Source: Mytilus edulis (taxonomy: Eukaryota). Taken from it: DNA of 64,000 bases. A program made the translations under genes and the position numbers. The notes below the pieces were generated by a model. The model saw only the letters and a list, made by a program, of their open reading frames with translations. It was not told where the DNA came from and made no database searches. Of this stretch, positions 13,601 through 26,081 are shown piece by piece. Position 1 is the first letter of the stretch, and each line of letters starts with the position of its first letter. The stretch is taken from contig NC_092347.1 of the NCBI RefSeq assembly GCF_963676685.1, forward strand, positions 62,682,001 through 62,746,000, given 5' to 3'.

Positions 13601-16431
13601 TTCCAAAGGTAGTACACTACACTGAAAATATCTGTTTTGAATATAGGTGTCACACCACCAATTACTCCCTCCAATTTAGAACGTATGTGAAAGTAGGCCT
13701 ACTTGGACAAAAAATAGTGCATTTGATGTCATTGTTTACTTAAACTAACCAACAAATTGGCAGAAATGAAACTTTTGGTGAAAGATAAATATATTTAGAC
13801 CATTTTGAGCCAAAATTTACATGTCTATGAGTTTGCATTAAAAATTGAGGATTAATGCCCTCCATAGTATACTAATTTAAGATTTCCAAAAAAACAGGGG
13901 TTATATTTGGAGTGCCTCTCTTTGAAGGTCAGTTTTTTTGTTAGAAGGCTTTAAAGGTATGTTGATAATTGGAATGCAGAAAGCTGATACATGTACAGTT
14001 CAGGATATACCTGGCTTCTATGAAGTTAAACTTAAGGTAAAATATTAAGAAAGCTGTGAAAATTGCAAAATTTCGTTGAACAGATAGGGACTTTTAATTG
14101 GTGGTCTGACACCTATAGCAGATGGGATTCTTTTTATTGAGGTTTTTTTATCTATAAGAAATGCACTACAAAATAACTGTTCTCAAGCCATTTCCATTAT
14201 AATATTTACACAATTACAGATAAAAGATAGTTTTTTAAATTTAGATAAATTTTTGTGATGTTATTATTTTTAGGAGAAAATTGCCAAAAAAAATACTGCT
14301 GCTGTAGCATCTTAATTTTGGTATGATTTTTTTGTATTCAGCAAAATCAAAGTTATACCCTACCAACTTTAAGAGTGGTAACCCCTTTTCCTAGTTTACT
14401 GACTACTCCGCTAGCCTCATGTCCAAGTATCATTGGTGCTTTGACAACAAAGTCTCCAATAGCTCCATGTTTCCAGTAATGTACATCGGATCCACAGATC
14501 CCCACATGCTGCATACATAACTGTACCTCTAAAAAAAACAGCAGTAATACTAGTACTGGGAATTCATTATTATTCGTTGGATACTAATTTTCATGGATAT
14601 CTAGGGTACAGTTAAACCACAAAATAAAATATTCAAATGAATGATGAATTTTCTATAGGTTTGTTTGCAGATTTCATCAAAACCACGAATTTAAATATTA
14701 ATGAATATGCAAGTTTTCCTTAATCCACGAAAATTTTTACCCACGAAAATAAATGATTCCACAGTACAATAACTTTGGAATAGAGCATGTTAACTGTTGG
14801 TTTTACATACAATATTGAGGTTTATGACAACTTTGAGTTTATTTCAATTAAGAGCAATGAAATTTCAAAAGTTAAACATCTACAATCATTAACACTCACT
14901 GAAAATTATCACCAGTAAGAAGGCCCATACTGTGATCCAACTAATTTTGGCAAACCATTTATTTATTTGACTATTTAATACAAGTAGAAAATAATGTGTC
15001 AAACCTGTTTTCATTTAAGACACTTAAGACTTAAGAGTGGTACATGTCGTTAGACAAAACACTTGTCTGGTGCACAAAATTATAAGCCAAGTATAATTAT
15101 TTGATGAGTTTTATTCAAGTGAACTAGAAAATGCTGAAAGTAATCTTTAAAAAGTTATATTATCCTAAAAACTTTGTATGTTTAAGTCGTACTTAAATAA
15201 TTTTTAACATTCAGGGGCAAAATATCCAAAAAATTAAGTATGGACCACTATTTTGATATTTAGGAAATCACTTACCCCCTTGACTTGGTTCTGGTATAGG
15301 AATGTCTTCCTAAAATTTATAATATACTTTTATAATTTATAGAATATACTGATCTCTACCTATGTCTTTTGGTTTTTAGAGTGGCGGCACTGCCGGGTTT
15401 GATGTTTTATTTATTACATCTGGACATATACTACACCTCCTTTTATCATGTTTATTCACATTATTTTTCTAAAACTTAGACATGGTCATATTTCATTATC
15501 TAAGTGCAATAACATCTTTGTTTCAAGAAACCATGGTGACTATGTCATTTTCTATAGAATTCAGGAATATATTTAGGTATCCTAATACCCCTCTGATTGT
15601 AAAATATTATGTGTCCAGTACCGGTAGTCCTCCCTTTACAAACTCTTTGTTTGATGTCCTTCCCAAGCCTTAGGGTAGTGTAAGATAGTGATTTTTTTTT
15701 GGCCAGGAAATAAATCAATGATTTAGACGAGAAAACAATGCTAGACCATGATTTTTTTTTCAACATGTTCAAAGTGAAATGATTTGTGTAATTTTCTGAT
15801 TTGCTGCTTTTCATATGAGTAGGAAGGCAAGATCAAACAGTTTTAATTTCATTCATGGTCTTATATCCAATGTGATATGTTCATGGAAAAAAAGGGACAT
15901 AAGACATGCACAAGACTGCATATTTGTTTTTAATTTTCCATATCAACATATGAAAGCCTCTATTTTTCCTGTGGTTTTTTACTGTACACTTGTCTGTTTC
16001 ATTGTCTTTACTTTATACTCATTTATTGTAAATGTGTTTGAGCTACTAGATATTGTCTTTAAGTATTATTTTGGCATTTTTTTCATGAAATTGTTTTTTA
16101 TGACATTTATTTATCATGTTTATGTGTTGATACTGATTTGGAAATACATCCTAACATTTTACAAACAAATGTAACTTTTATTATGTTTGCAAGAGGAGAA
16201 AATGGCAGTCTTAAATATAGGGCATTAGGTCACCATAACGTTTACATAGTATGATAACACTTGAACTCCAGAAGTGCACTGTGTAATTGAATCAGCTGAT
16301 CTTAAGTTATACATCTGAAATGCAAATTCAGAATGCTGATGTAAACATTGTAAATGGGAATGTCATGTTGTACTCACGAGCTGGATATCTCCTTGCTCCT
16401 TTAAAATTGCAGTTAGGTTGGTGTCCGACAT
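7684..16431 (-). CDS. SORD: Sorbitol dehydrogenase (Zn-dependent medium-chain dehydrogenase), 9 exons, 349 aa
   Basis: Exons 16431-16378, 15309-15276, 14528-14364, 12851-12692, 12405-12287, 11287-11222, 10587-10412, 8995-8874, 7837-7684. All introns are GT-AG and phase-compatible, total 1050 nt. Motifs: [17 protein letters not shown], [26 protein letters not shown], GAGPIG, GIFRYANCYP. Confidence 0.97.
7863..8097. repeat. ~120-bp tandem duplication in SORD intron 8
   Basis: tttcaataaaatgacatttttattttaac.. at 7863 and 7983. Confidence 0.85.
8126..8334. mobile_element. TTAA-flanked MITE (Kolobok-like)
   Basis: TTAA|GGGGGTAGACC..GGTCTACCTCC|TTAA. Confidence 0.65.
10116..10159 (-). ncRNA. Degenerate hammerhead ribozyme in SORD intron 7
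   Basis: CUGAUGA-GUC..GAC followed by AAAA instead of GAAA. Confidence 0.55.
11388..11500 (+). repeat. Second interspersed repeat family (copies ~21887-21988, 34030-34200, 44650-44750, 49286-49460, 50440-50540)
   Basis: Core gctcattgttgaaggccgtacggtgacctatagttgttaat..ggcaatcataccacatc, found in both orientations. Confidence 0.75.
13642..14117. mobile_element. TA-flanked MITE in SORD intron 3
   Basis: TIRs tataggtgtcacaccaccaatta / taattggtggtctgacacctata. Confidence 0.7.
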
Positions 16432-17819
16432 TATGACTTCTTCTAAGTAGTTTTATCTTATCATTATCGCTAATAGAGCCTCTCAGGCAGATGTTCTGTT
16501 TATTTACACAATTATGTCCCCTTTATTTTGGGTTATTGGTCAGATGATGCACTAACAACCCAAATATGTTTTAATTGGTTTTAATATAGATATGTATATA
16601 TATGTCACATTTGCTTTCTCTTCTACAAGATTGTAATTAGTTTTAATGCATTGTGTTACTAATTACATCTAATAATAGTTCTCATTGTAAAATGTTAAGA
16701 AATTAGTTAGAGTTATCCCTCTTTATACACTCAGGACGAGTGAACTGACTATTATCTATAGACATACATTTATGTATATTGCCGAGATCATTAGTATTCA
16801 AATTTATACATATCCATATAAAGAAGTTTACACGACCTGTTCAAGGTATGCACTTTTTTTTAAATGTACTGTTATCATTCTAATAATTTTCTGTGCTTTA
16901 TTTTGTAATTGATTCAATTGTATAGCTCAAAAATGTTACAGGCATTTTCTAAATTAAGGCATTTTGTAAAATGACTGAAAACTTTAGGCAATTTCTAACT
17001 GAAAATGACTGCAAGATTCAGTTCATTATACACAATAACTTAATTTTCTAGGCATTTTACAAAATGCCTGGAAAAATTGAAAGGCATTTTACAAAATGCT
17101 GTAAAATGCCTGAAATTATTTTATAGAATAAAATGTTAAGAAAAACAATTGAAAGTTTTGACCACCAGAGCTGTTTTATTAATGATAATTACTGAATTAA
17201 AAAAGAGCTTATTAAAATTATCAAGAATACATTTTTCCTGAATTATTACAATTCACACAAGCACAGAACTTGACGTCATGGGCAGATCTGCTCGAGTCCG
17301 TTTAAAGCTAGAAGTCAAAAGATACGGATAAACGAATCACCAATCTAATTCAAATCATATAGATCATATGTAGTATAAAAATTTTCTTTTCTTTGTCGAT
17401 TTTTAGCTATCCTAGCCGAAGGACTTAAAGCAAGGAAAAGCAATCGGTCAATAAAAAAATAACTTTTCTGTACAGTAATGCATATGTTTCACTTTACTGT
17501 TTTGAATCTTCATTTTCTAAAAGTGTGATTGTAAACTTTGTAATATTGACAGAACAATTTGTCGGTTTGCGATTTTGACAAAATTTTATAAACAAAATAA
17601 AAAAATGAAGTAATTCATACACTAGTCTATTAAAAAAAATAAACTGACCAGTTGTTCATTTTCATTTATATTCCTACTTCTACTCCTACCACCGTCACCA
17701 TGTTGACTATTCTGTCACTTTTGGGTGTGCGCAAAGATAATTTTGAATACAATTACAAGAAAGGGTGCGAGTATACAAATATTCAAAAGTGGCTATTAAA
17801 AACAGAGGGCTGTTGATTT

Positions 17820-18095
17820 ATTTGTTAGTCAGGAGCCTCTTGAAAGATTCAAGGCTGCTGACAGATGTAACTAAAGAGGGTAAGGTATTCCTGATCGTCC
17901 TCGGGTATATTAACTCTCTTGTTCCTTGTTGCTGTGCTACATCATGGGATCTTGAATGAGTCTGTGCCCATATTTCTGTTTCTGTACCTGTTTGTTACAT
18001 ATATATCTGACCGACATCACGGTCTCCTTTTTTTTTTATCCATGTCTAACTTATGTTTATCTGTTTGTAGGTGTGGTTCCATAGAGCGCTGGTAT
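17820..18095 (-). mobile_element. Decayed CR1-type LINE ORF2 3' fragment
   Basis: Remnant peptides EPHLQTDKHKLDM and YPRTIRNTLPSLVTSVSSLESFKRLL resemble CR1 C-terminal motifs. Confidence 0.5.
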
Positions 18096-19835
18096 ATTAT
18101 AAAAATATAAAATAAAATTACGTACATTGAAATTGATTTGATTGATTTTTGGTGTTTTTACGCCACTTTTAAGCACCGTATTAAGGCTATTTCGTGGCGG
18201 CCAGGTTTTTTTTATGGAGAAGCCGAATTGCCCGGAGAAAACCACCGACCTTCGATAGGAAAACTGACTATCCTAGTCAACTTGGGGTCGTGTTGCTCAG
18301 CCTTTTTTATCATGTTTTTTGTAGACTTGTATGCCTTTAAGTCGTTGTTCCTCCTTTTTTTGTATTGCTATTATCAATTCGTTTATCATCCACCTTCTCT
18401 CTTTCATATGAATCACTAAAAGATTTGAGATCGTCCACAAACACAAAATGAAGAAACAACATAATATGAGCAGCAACACCGTGACAGTACGTTCTAGATG
18501 AAGGCCTAACATCTTCCTCAGTGAAGATTAGCTAAAGGAAATATATGTGTTTCTATACATTTGAATGGACGTATTCATCTGAATATCATAAACATATTAC
18601 CTGAATACAGGGGGGAATAAAAATAGTTAATTGTTAAGATATATTATTTATTCAAATGTACTCTTATATCCCTAATGCATCGTCCCTTGGTATCAACTGC
18701 ATTCAAGTTACCTCTGATGCTTCCTTGTTTGCTTTTGATACAGGTAGGAAGAGACATGTACACACATTTTACATGCCTATGGTCCATAAGGTATCGCCCC
18801 CTGGTGTCAGCTGTCTTTAGGAAACCATAATAAAATGTACTTTCCTATTTGCTGCTGACACAGGATGATTCATAGACATGCTTAACTTCTGCTATCTTTT
18901 TGGCTAGTTATTATATGTTTAATTGGTCCAACTTATTGTGTACTATATATATATGTATATATCTATTTTTCTTTTTGGGCTGCTTGTCTGTTATCTATAA
19001 CAACCACAATTGCATTAAAATGCATAAGTATTTAAGTAAAAACACATATTATACTAGATTCTTTATCTACATATTTTTTTAAGAACTTAAATAGTTCTCA
19101 TTAATCTTTTTTATATATATCATTGTTTGTATTGCATTATAAAAATTATTGATGTTGTAATGTTTATGCCCTTTGGGGTCCATAATTGGAATAAAAATAT
19201 CTTTTTCTTCTTCTTTTGTAGTTTGAAGATTGAGAGAAAACCTTACAGAACAGAGATTTTTAAAACGTACAGGTGTAGTCACACGTTCCAGAGACATATA
19301 AAAGCAGTTGTATTATATGTCTGTGCACCTTCCAAACCACAGACCACCAACGAATGATTGCAATATATACATTCATATATAAAATATGAGTGATCCTCTT
19401 CTCACTGATGTGTTACTTTAAAGGATTTCTCAGCGTATATAAGAAGAATCGAATCTTCTACATTAATTTCCTGTTTAACTATAAGTCATCTTTTTCAATA
19501 ACCCTCAGGTTTGTGAATATATGAATTTGAAGGATACCACATACACAGTTGTTAAATCTGCAACATCTCCGGACATATTTGCCACCAGACGTTAACCAAC
19601 AATCAACCAATCTCCGGACATACTTTGACAGATGTGCATGTGTCCTAACTTAGAATCCTGTCAGTGAAGAAATCATATTTTAACAAAACTTTGAATTTTT
19701 CGAAAAACTAATTAAGGATTTACTTATCTTAGGAATAGATTACCTTGGCCGTATTTGCACAACTTTTTGGAATTTTGGGTCCTCAATGCTCTTCAACTTT
19801 GTACTTGTTTGGCTTAATAACTTTTTTTGATCGGA

Positions 19836-19877
19836 GCGTCACTGATGAGTCTTATGTAGACGAAACGCGTCTGGCGT
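19836..19877 (+). ncRNA. Type I hammerhead ribozyme of a related retrozyme fragment
   Basis: GCGUCA-CUGAUGA-GUC(uuaugua)GAC-GAAA-CGCG-UC^UGGCGU. Core intact, stem III shortened. Confidence 0.75.
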
Positions 19878-20170
19878 ATTATATTAAAATCCTTCTACCT
19901 TTGATAACTATTAACAGTTATTTTGTGATTGAATTTGTGCTACTGATAAGGACACTGTTAGATATATCAAAAACTTATCTATACTTGGCGATTTGATTCT
20001 TGACATATTACACTGTAGATACTTGACTTATATCTATAAGAAGTTGGGTTATGATTGCCAATGAGACAACTTACATAAGAGATAAATTACACAGAAATTA
20101 ACAACTGCAGGTTGCCTTTTAACCAAGCTCGTTGCCGACTTCAAAACTTATATTATATTCAAGAATGATT

Positions 20171-22707
20171 TTATTGTGTTTTACAAATCTTCTGAAAGTC
20201 ACAATCACCAAGTAGTTTATATGCCTGTTTGAAAGTCTGATAAAGACACACTTTGCTGCCACATGCAGGGATGTTAACTTCTTCTTCATTCACAAACATT
20301 TTAACGACGAAATTTCTGCTAACTCCACACTTGTAAAGGGCAGTACCTAAATTTGCAGAGAATGGACATGACTTGCTAACCCGAAATCGGCGGCTTTTGT
20401 TTGCTTCAAAATTGTTAGCTAAAAGTGTATTAGAGTCTTTGAATAGTCCAAATGCTGTATACACAGGAAGAAGCGTATAAGAATGCGCAAACTGAACATC
20501 AGCTACTGTGGTCCTGTAAAGGTAAAACATATAACACAAATATTAGACGCATAGCTAAGATTTTACATGAATAATGATCAATAATATCTCATACTTTCAC
20601 ATCTATACATCTATTTTTATTGTGCTGAAAGTGTTGAGATTTTTTTTTAAATGCTTCTCATCTTGGTCTAGAACAGTTTTCATGACTTCAGCCTATTTCC
20701 ATCGCAACTACTTGGTCATTTTTGATTTACGCCTACATTTTTGAAGCCTGTAGAGGATAACCGAACCAGAATCATTGTGAATAAATTTGATAGAAACTCC
20801 CATCCTGCATGTTAGAACTAGCATATATTTTTAAAAAGAAGTCTCCATAATTTGATATTTCCCATACTCACTCATTCTGATATGCAATGATGTCATCAAA
20901 TCGTTTTAACATGTGACTTGTAAAAGGACAGGACATTTGCCAGTTTATTGGGTAACCAAAGCCTCTCTGCCAGAAGTGCTGTAATGTAAACAATAGTCAT
21001 GCTGAAATAATATCACCATATATGATATTGTATGGCGGACAAAAACATTAGATTCTCTCATTCAAACCATAACATTCGAGTTATTTTTAAAACAGTATAT
21101 CCGTTTACATGTTATGTAAAAACTGTCTGAAATGAGCACTATCTGAACTTGCATGTGATATTTTGTTATTTTGTATACAAATTTTACTATAACATTATAA
21201 AGGAGATTGTGACATATACTTTATATATTTTTTTAAATATAGAACATGAATGTATCTAACAGCTGAAGGCGTGACACCAATTGCGCATGTCTCGCTGATG
21301 TAATTAAACTATATCGCCAGTGTTTGCAGGCTCCTTATTTCTTACGGATAAAACATTTTATATGACATCCTTCTTTGTTTCTTAAAGGATTTGAAAAAAG
21401 TATAATTCATTGCTAAAATTCACCGAACTTACCGATAAATCAAATAAGTAGTCTAACACTAAAAGATCGTCCAAAGTGAAAAAGCTGCACCAATCTGATT
21501 GGTTAAATATTCCAAGTTCGAAGGCACAAATCTGATGCATTGTTATGACTTGTTCTGAAATTCAAATGATGAACACTCCAAGTCACTATTTACTGACAAA
21601 AGGTGTATATCTTAAGTTTATGTTAATAAAGTAAGAAACAAGAACTAAATAAACGTCGAAATTTCAAATATATAGGATATATCTGAGCGAAAAACGGATG
21701 AAATATCAATCAATTAATTATAAGACGAGGACTGAAAGTCTAAAAAGGATAGTTTGTTAGATTGTTTTTATAACCTATTTCTTTTAATATTTATATTTGT
21801 TTCTGTTTCTGTTGTGTCCTTTTGAATATGTGTGATTATTTACATGTATACATAGATACGCAATTATAGATGTTTTAATAGAAAAAAGAAGATGTGGTAC
21901 AATTGCCAATTGGACAACTCTCCACAATAGACCAAAATGATAGAAATTAACAACTATAGGTTACCAAACGGCTTTCAACAATGAGCAATTAGTACCTGTC
22001 TTTAATTTTTGCACTCCGATTAGTTTCTTTATCTTATCAACTACTGTTCTCATCGTTGTTCCACCAACAAATGCATCATATTCCACATTTGATTTGTCAC
22101 TGTACGTTCTATACTTCTTACATTTTGAATAAAAACGGAGCCGTTGATCGTCCACTGTTGGAATTGGCATAGGTGCGTCAGCTGGCAAAGTTTCATTCAA
22201 ACTTTTGAAGAAAGCATCAAAACTTTGCCGAGTAACTTCCTTGCTTGTAATGGTATAATCTATAAGGTCCATTTTCCCTTCAAATAACTGTTTGAATTTC
22301 TCTCCGAATGTTCTACCTAGAGTTGTCGCTTCTTCATTTCCAAGTGAGGACATGGAATATGCATTTTCTTCTGCAAACGGGATTATCCACGTCTTCAAGA
22401 AGTTATGTTTCTTAACAACATCCGGGTACTGCTTCATCATTTTATGCAAATTCTTCATCCTCCGTATCCAGTAGAGTGATGGATATCTGGCAACATGTCT
22501 CATCAGCAGATTTAAGTTTACAATCTGACACACTTCACCATTGTACATGACAGTACTTTCGTCAGTTACTGTGTCATTGACGTATCTGTCTTTTGCCCAT
22601 GAATATGGTGTCATTACATTGAATACTGGTTTCGTGAAATTAGTCCCGCACTTAAGTTCTACCACAACAGTTGCTAAAAGTACGATTGACAAAATATAAG
22701 ATAGCAT
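20171..22707 (-). CDS. MINPP1: MINPP1-like histidine acid phosphatase paralog A, 427 aa, secreted, degenerate active site
   Basis: Exons 22707-21996, 21554-21433, 20978-20872, 20513-20171, GT-AG and in phase. Signal peptide; RHVARYP; LRFYxxC; ICAFELG..WC; GFGYPIN; FAHSYT; CPFSANL. Confidence 0.92.
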
Positions 22708-23490
22708 TGTCTTACTATCCTTGAACGAAAGAAAACGTCTATCACTATTTTATGAACGACATATTTCTGTGTTGTAATATGACAAGGTAAAGTACTGACA
22801 ACAGTCATAAATAAGACTGCTGTTTTTATAGTTTGGGTTTATTTATTATTTCATAACATTTAACTGAAGTTAATGACGATTTTAATATGGACTTTTAAGT
22901 TTTTTTTAAACAATGACGTATAAAGAGAAATAGTTAACACCAATAACGTTATGCAAATTGTTCTTTTTTTTGTGTATAAAGTTGATTTATATCCGTAGAA
23001 TGTTTTAGTTTAAACAAATTACAGATTTTGTTTATTTATTAAGCATACACGTCAGTACACCTTGCATTTCCATGTTATTTCTGTTTTTTTCCGTTATCTA
23101 CAATAACTGTGTTGTTATTTGAAAAGATCTTGATGTCATTTGTCCCAAATTCAAATTTGAATACCGCAACCCCCTCCCCCCTAAAAAAGAAGAATCAGTC
23201 AAATTGACGATAATCATGTTTAACCTATCCTTATACTACAGAAATTTATAGATTAGTGTGGAACGACTTATTTCGGTGTTATAAATCTGTTATAATAGTT
23301 CAAAACAATTACATACAAGTCGTTAATAAAATTACTGGTTTTATAGTTCGTGTTTATTTCTGACTTAACATTTAACTACATCATTTTTATGGTTGCATCT
23401 TATGTAAAAAATATTTCGAAGTACATGGTTCGGGAATAAATGTGGTTCCTTGTTGGATTTATTGAGAATTTAAAATAATTTTGTCTAATA

Positions 23491-23764
23491 CAGCTGATTT
23501 CAATGAGTATGTAGCTAAAGGTTATATCTTTGAATGGTTAGCTTGCTTGCTAGCTGAACCGTTAATTCATTGTTAGGTACTGTCCTTCTTTCGAAATAGC
23601 CTAGTCCTACAGACAGATACAAAAAATGTAGGTTGATTATCTGACGGATTTGTCTACTCTTAAAGGAGGTTAGTCTACCTAACCAAACAATGACTTAACA
23701 GTTCAGCTAGCAAGCAAGCTAACCAATGATATTATCTTTAGCTACATACTCATTGAATCAGCTG
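23491..23764. mobile_element. Tc1/mariner-type MITE
   Basis: TA|CAGCTGATT..AATCAGCTG|TA with ~80-bp arms; shorter relative at ~27233-27319. Confidence 0.75.
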
Positions 23765-23767
23765 TAA

Positions 23768-25567
23768 ATGTATATGTCGTGTACAAGTTGCGATTTTGTA
23801 CAGGTTATAACATGTACAAAAATGTTGTACATGTTATAACTTGTATAATGCAAAAATACAAGTTATAACATGTACAAAAGTACCTCATACATGTTATAAC
23901 CTGTACAAAATATTGCTTAAAAATGGTTTTAACTTGTACAAAATCGAAAAATAAGATGATATTGACCTCAATAACCTTTTTTTATTATTCCTTCATGTCA
24001 GTGTGTTTTGTCCTTTTTTGATACAGTTAATGTCCAGGGGTCGGTATTACGAAGCATTCCTAAGATCTGTCATAAGATATATCTTAGGACATGTCTTATG
24101 ATCCTTTTATGACTATCTATGGACGTATCTTTATTTAATGAATTATAATTGTGAGTGTCCACTTTGAAGGCAATAGTAAAATACTTTCATTCTAATTGAC
24201 ACTAAAAAGACGTAAGAGGATAGCCAGGATAGATGTGTCTACAATTGAAATTGGGAATTGAAATGGGGTATGTGTCTAAAAGACAACAACCCGCCCATGG
24301 ACCAAACAACACCTAAAGGCCACAAATACATGCTTTCAAAGTAGAGGATATATTTTAAACATCAAAATGACATTCGCCTCATGCAATGATCCTAGAGTTT
24401 ATAAAACAAGATTGAGTTATAAATTTACATAAGTCATGCTGAAGGCCAAAAATGTTGAAGAGTAGATCCAAAGATATTGATAATGAAGCGTGGTCCAATG
24501 AAAACTATTTCAGCTCACTCTTGCTTTTACAGAGTAAGCATATAAGACATTGTTTTAGTCTTTGCATGCTATAAAATGAGAGGGAGGAGTATTACCCAAA
24601 ATTATTCGGCATCGTTCTTAAATTTTTTGGAAGAATTTAGTTACTAGTATCTAATGTAATTGTCATTGAGTTGAGGAAATGCAAGCTTTTAGTAAATAGT
24701 TTCACACTTATTTAAGCCATGATGGACTGCATATAACATACAATTACATGAAAACACATTTGCCAACATAAGTCATGAAACATATATTTCTGAAACTTTG
24801 TGATCATTGTCCTCTACAGAAAAAGACACGTTCTGGCCTATTTATTGTTGTTCTTTATGCATTGGTAATTTGATAGTTCCAAAGCCAAAAACTGAACTGT
24901 TTAAAAAATCTTTTGCTTATTCTGGATCAGTTTTATGGAACGGACTACCTTATGAAATGCGTAAAGTGCAAAACACTTATTCTTTTAAACAAATTATAAA
25001 ACAATACTTGAGACAGTCCCAATATTCAGTCTGAATTGATTGCAACTACATTGTATTACTCTTAGAATGTATGATTTTAATGATTTGTATATACTAGGTC
25101 TATTTACTACATGCGATATTTAACTGTTTTATATCTTTTAATCATGGTACATGTACACTGAACTATTATGTCTATACAATTGTGTTTATATGTTGTATGA
25201 TTGCTTTTTTCTTTTATTATTACCATTTTGTTTTTACTTGTATTGCATACATGTATATGAGGGCCTCAGGGAAGATTAGTGATTGTAACTAACTGTGTTT
25301 ACCCTCTTTAAATAAAGAATTTATTATTATTATTATTATTATTATTGGTGAATTTAAATGTATATTTTACCTCATTAAGATTTATTTTTAATTTTGTACA
25401 AGTTAAAACCATTTTTTAGCAATATTTTGTACAGGTTATAACATGTATGAGGTACTTTTGTACATGTTATAACTTGTATTTTTGCATTATACAAGTTATA
25501 ACATGTACAATATTTTTGTACATGTTATAACCTGTACAAAATCGCAACTTGTACACGACATATACAT
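23768..25567. mobile_element. Fold-back-type DNA element with ~180-bp TIRs built from GTTATAAC/TGTACA subrepeats
   Basis: 23768-~23944 is a near-perfect reverse complement of ~25392-25567. Confidence 0.85.
24860..25346 (+). mobile_element. 5'-truncated L2/CR1-group LINE 3' end with (ATT)n tail
   Basis: LIVPKPKTELFKKSFAYSGSVLWNGLP..SFKQIIKQYL, then a 3' UTR, AATAAA and an (ATT)n tail. Confidence 0.8.
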
Positions 25568-25953
25568 ATGTATCTAAAATACTCGAGAAATGCACGACGA
25601 AAAAGTCAAGCTAACTAAGTGTTTGCCAGATTATTATTCGTCGCTGTCAGACTGCTGCCAAAATATAAAGTTCATGCAGTTTATTTTGCCTTGATATCAA
25701 AATAAATATACAATATATGAATGCTGTCGGATAATATAAAATGTATTTGTATGAGCTTTAGAAACAGGACGAGTACATATAAATTTTATATTTTCCGACG
25801 ATGTGCATATATTGTGTTTATCCTGAGATTATTCCCAACACTTGAAAATTTAGTTATCAAAATCTAAATCGTTGTCTCTATAAATTTCTCAAAGAAATCG
25901 ACGTAGTTGAAACGCGGACGACGAAGAGAACCCCAAAATTGGTTAGTAAGTAC

Positions 25954-26081
25954 AGATTATAACATGGCCTTTTCCATATTGGCCCTGGTATCATCCCGAG
26001 ACTCCCATATCGGCCTCGAGGTTTTAGCCGAGGGCCGAGGGATGATACCAGGGCCAATATGGAAAAGACATGTTATAATCT
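25954..26081. mobile_element. Short fold-back MITE
   Basis: ~43-bp inverted arms agattataacatg..ttttccatattggccctggtatcatccc. Confidence 0.7.

Noticed and set aside
15815-16174. 119-aa hydrophobic ORF antisense in SORD intron 1
   Set aside because: T-rich low-complexity intron sequence with no motif or splice support.
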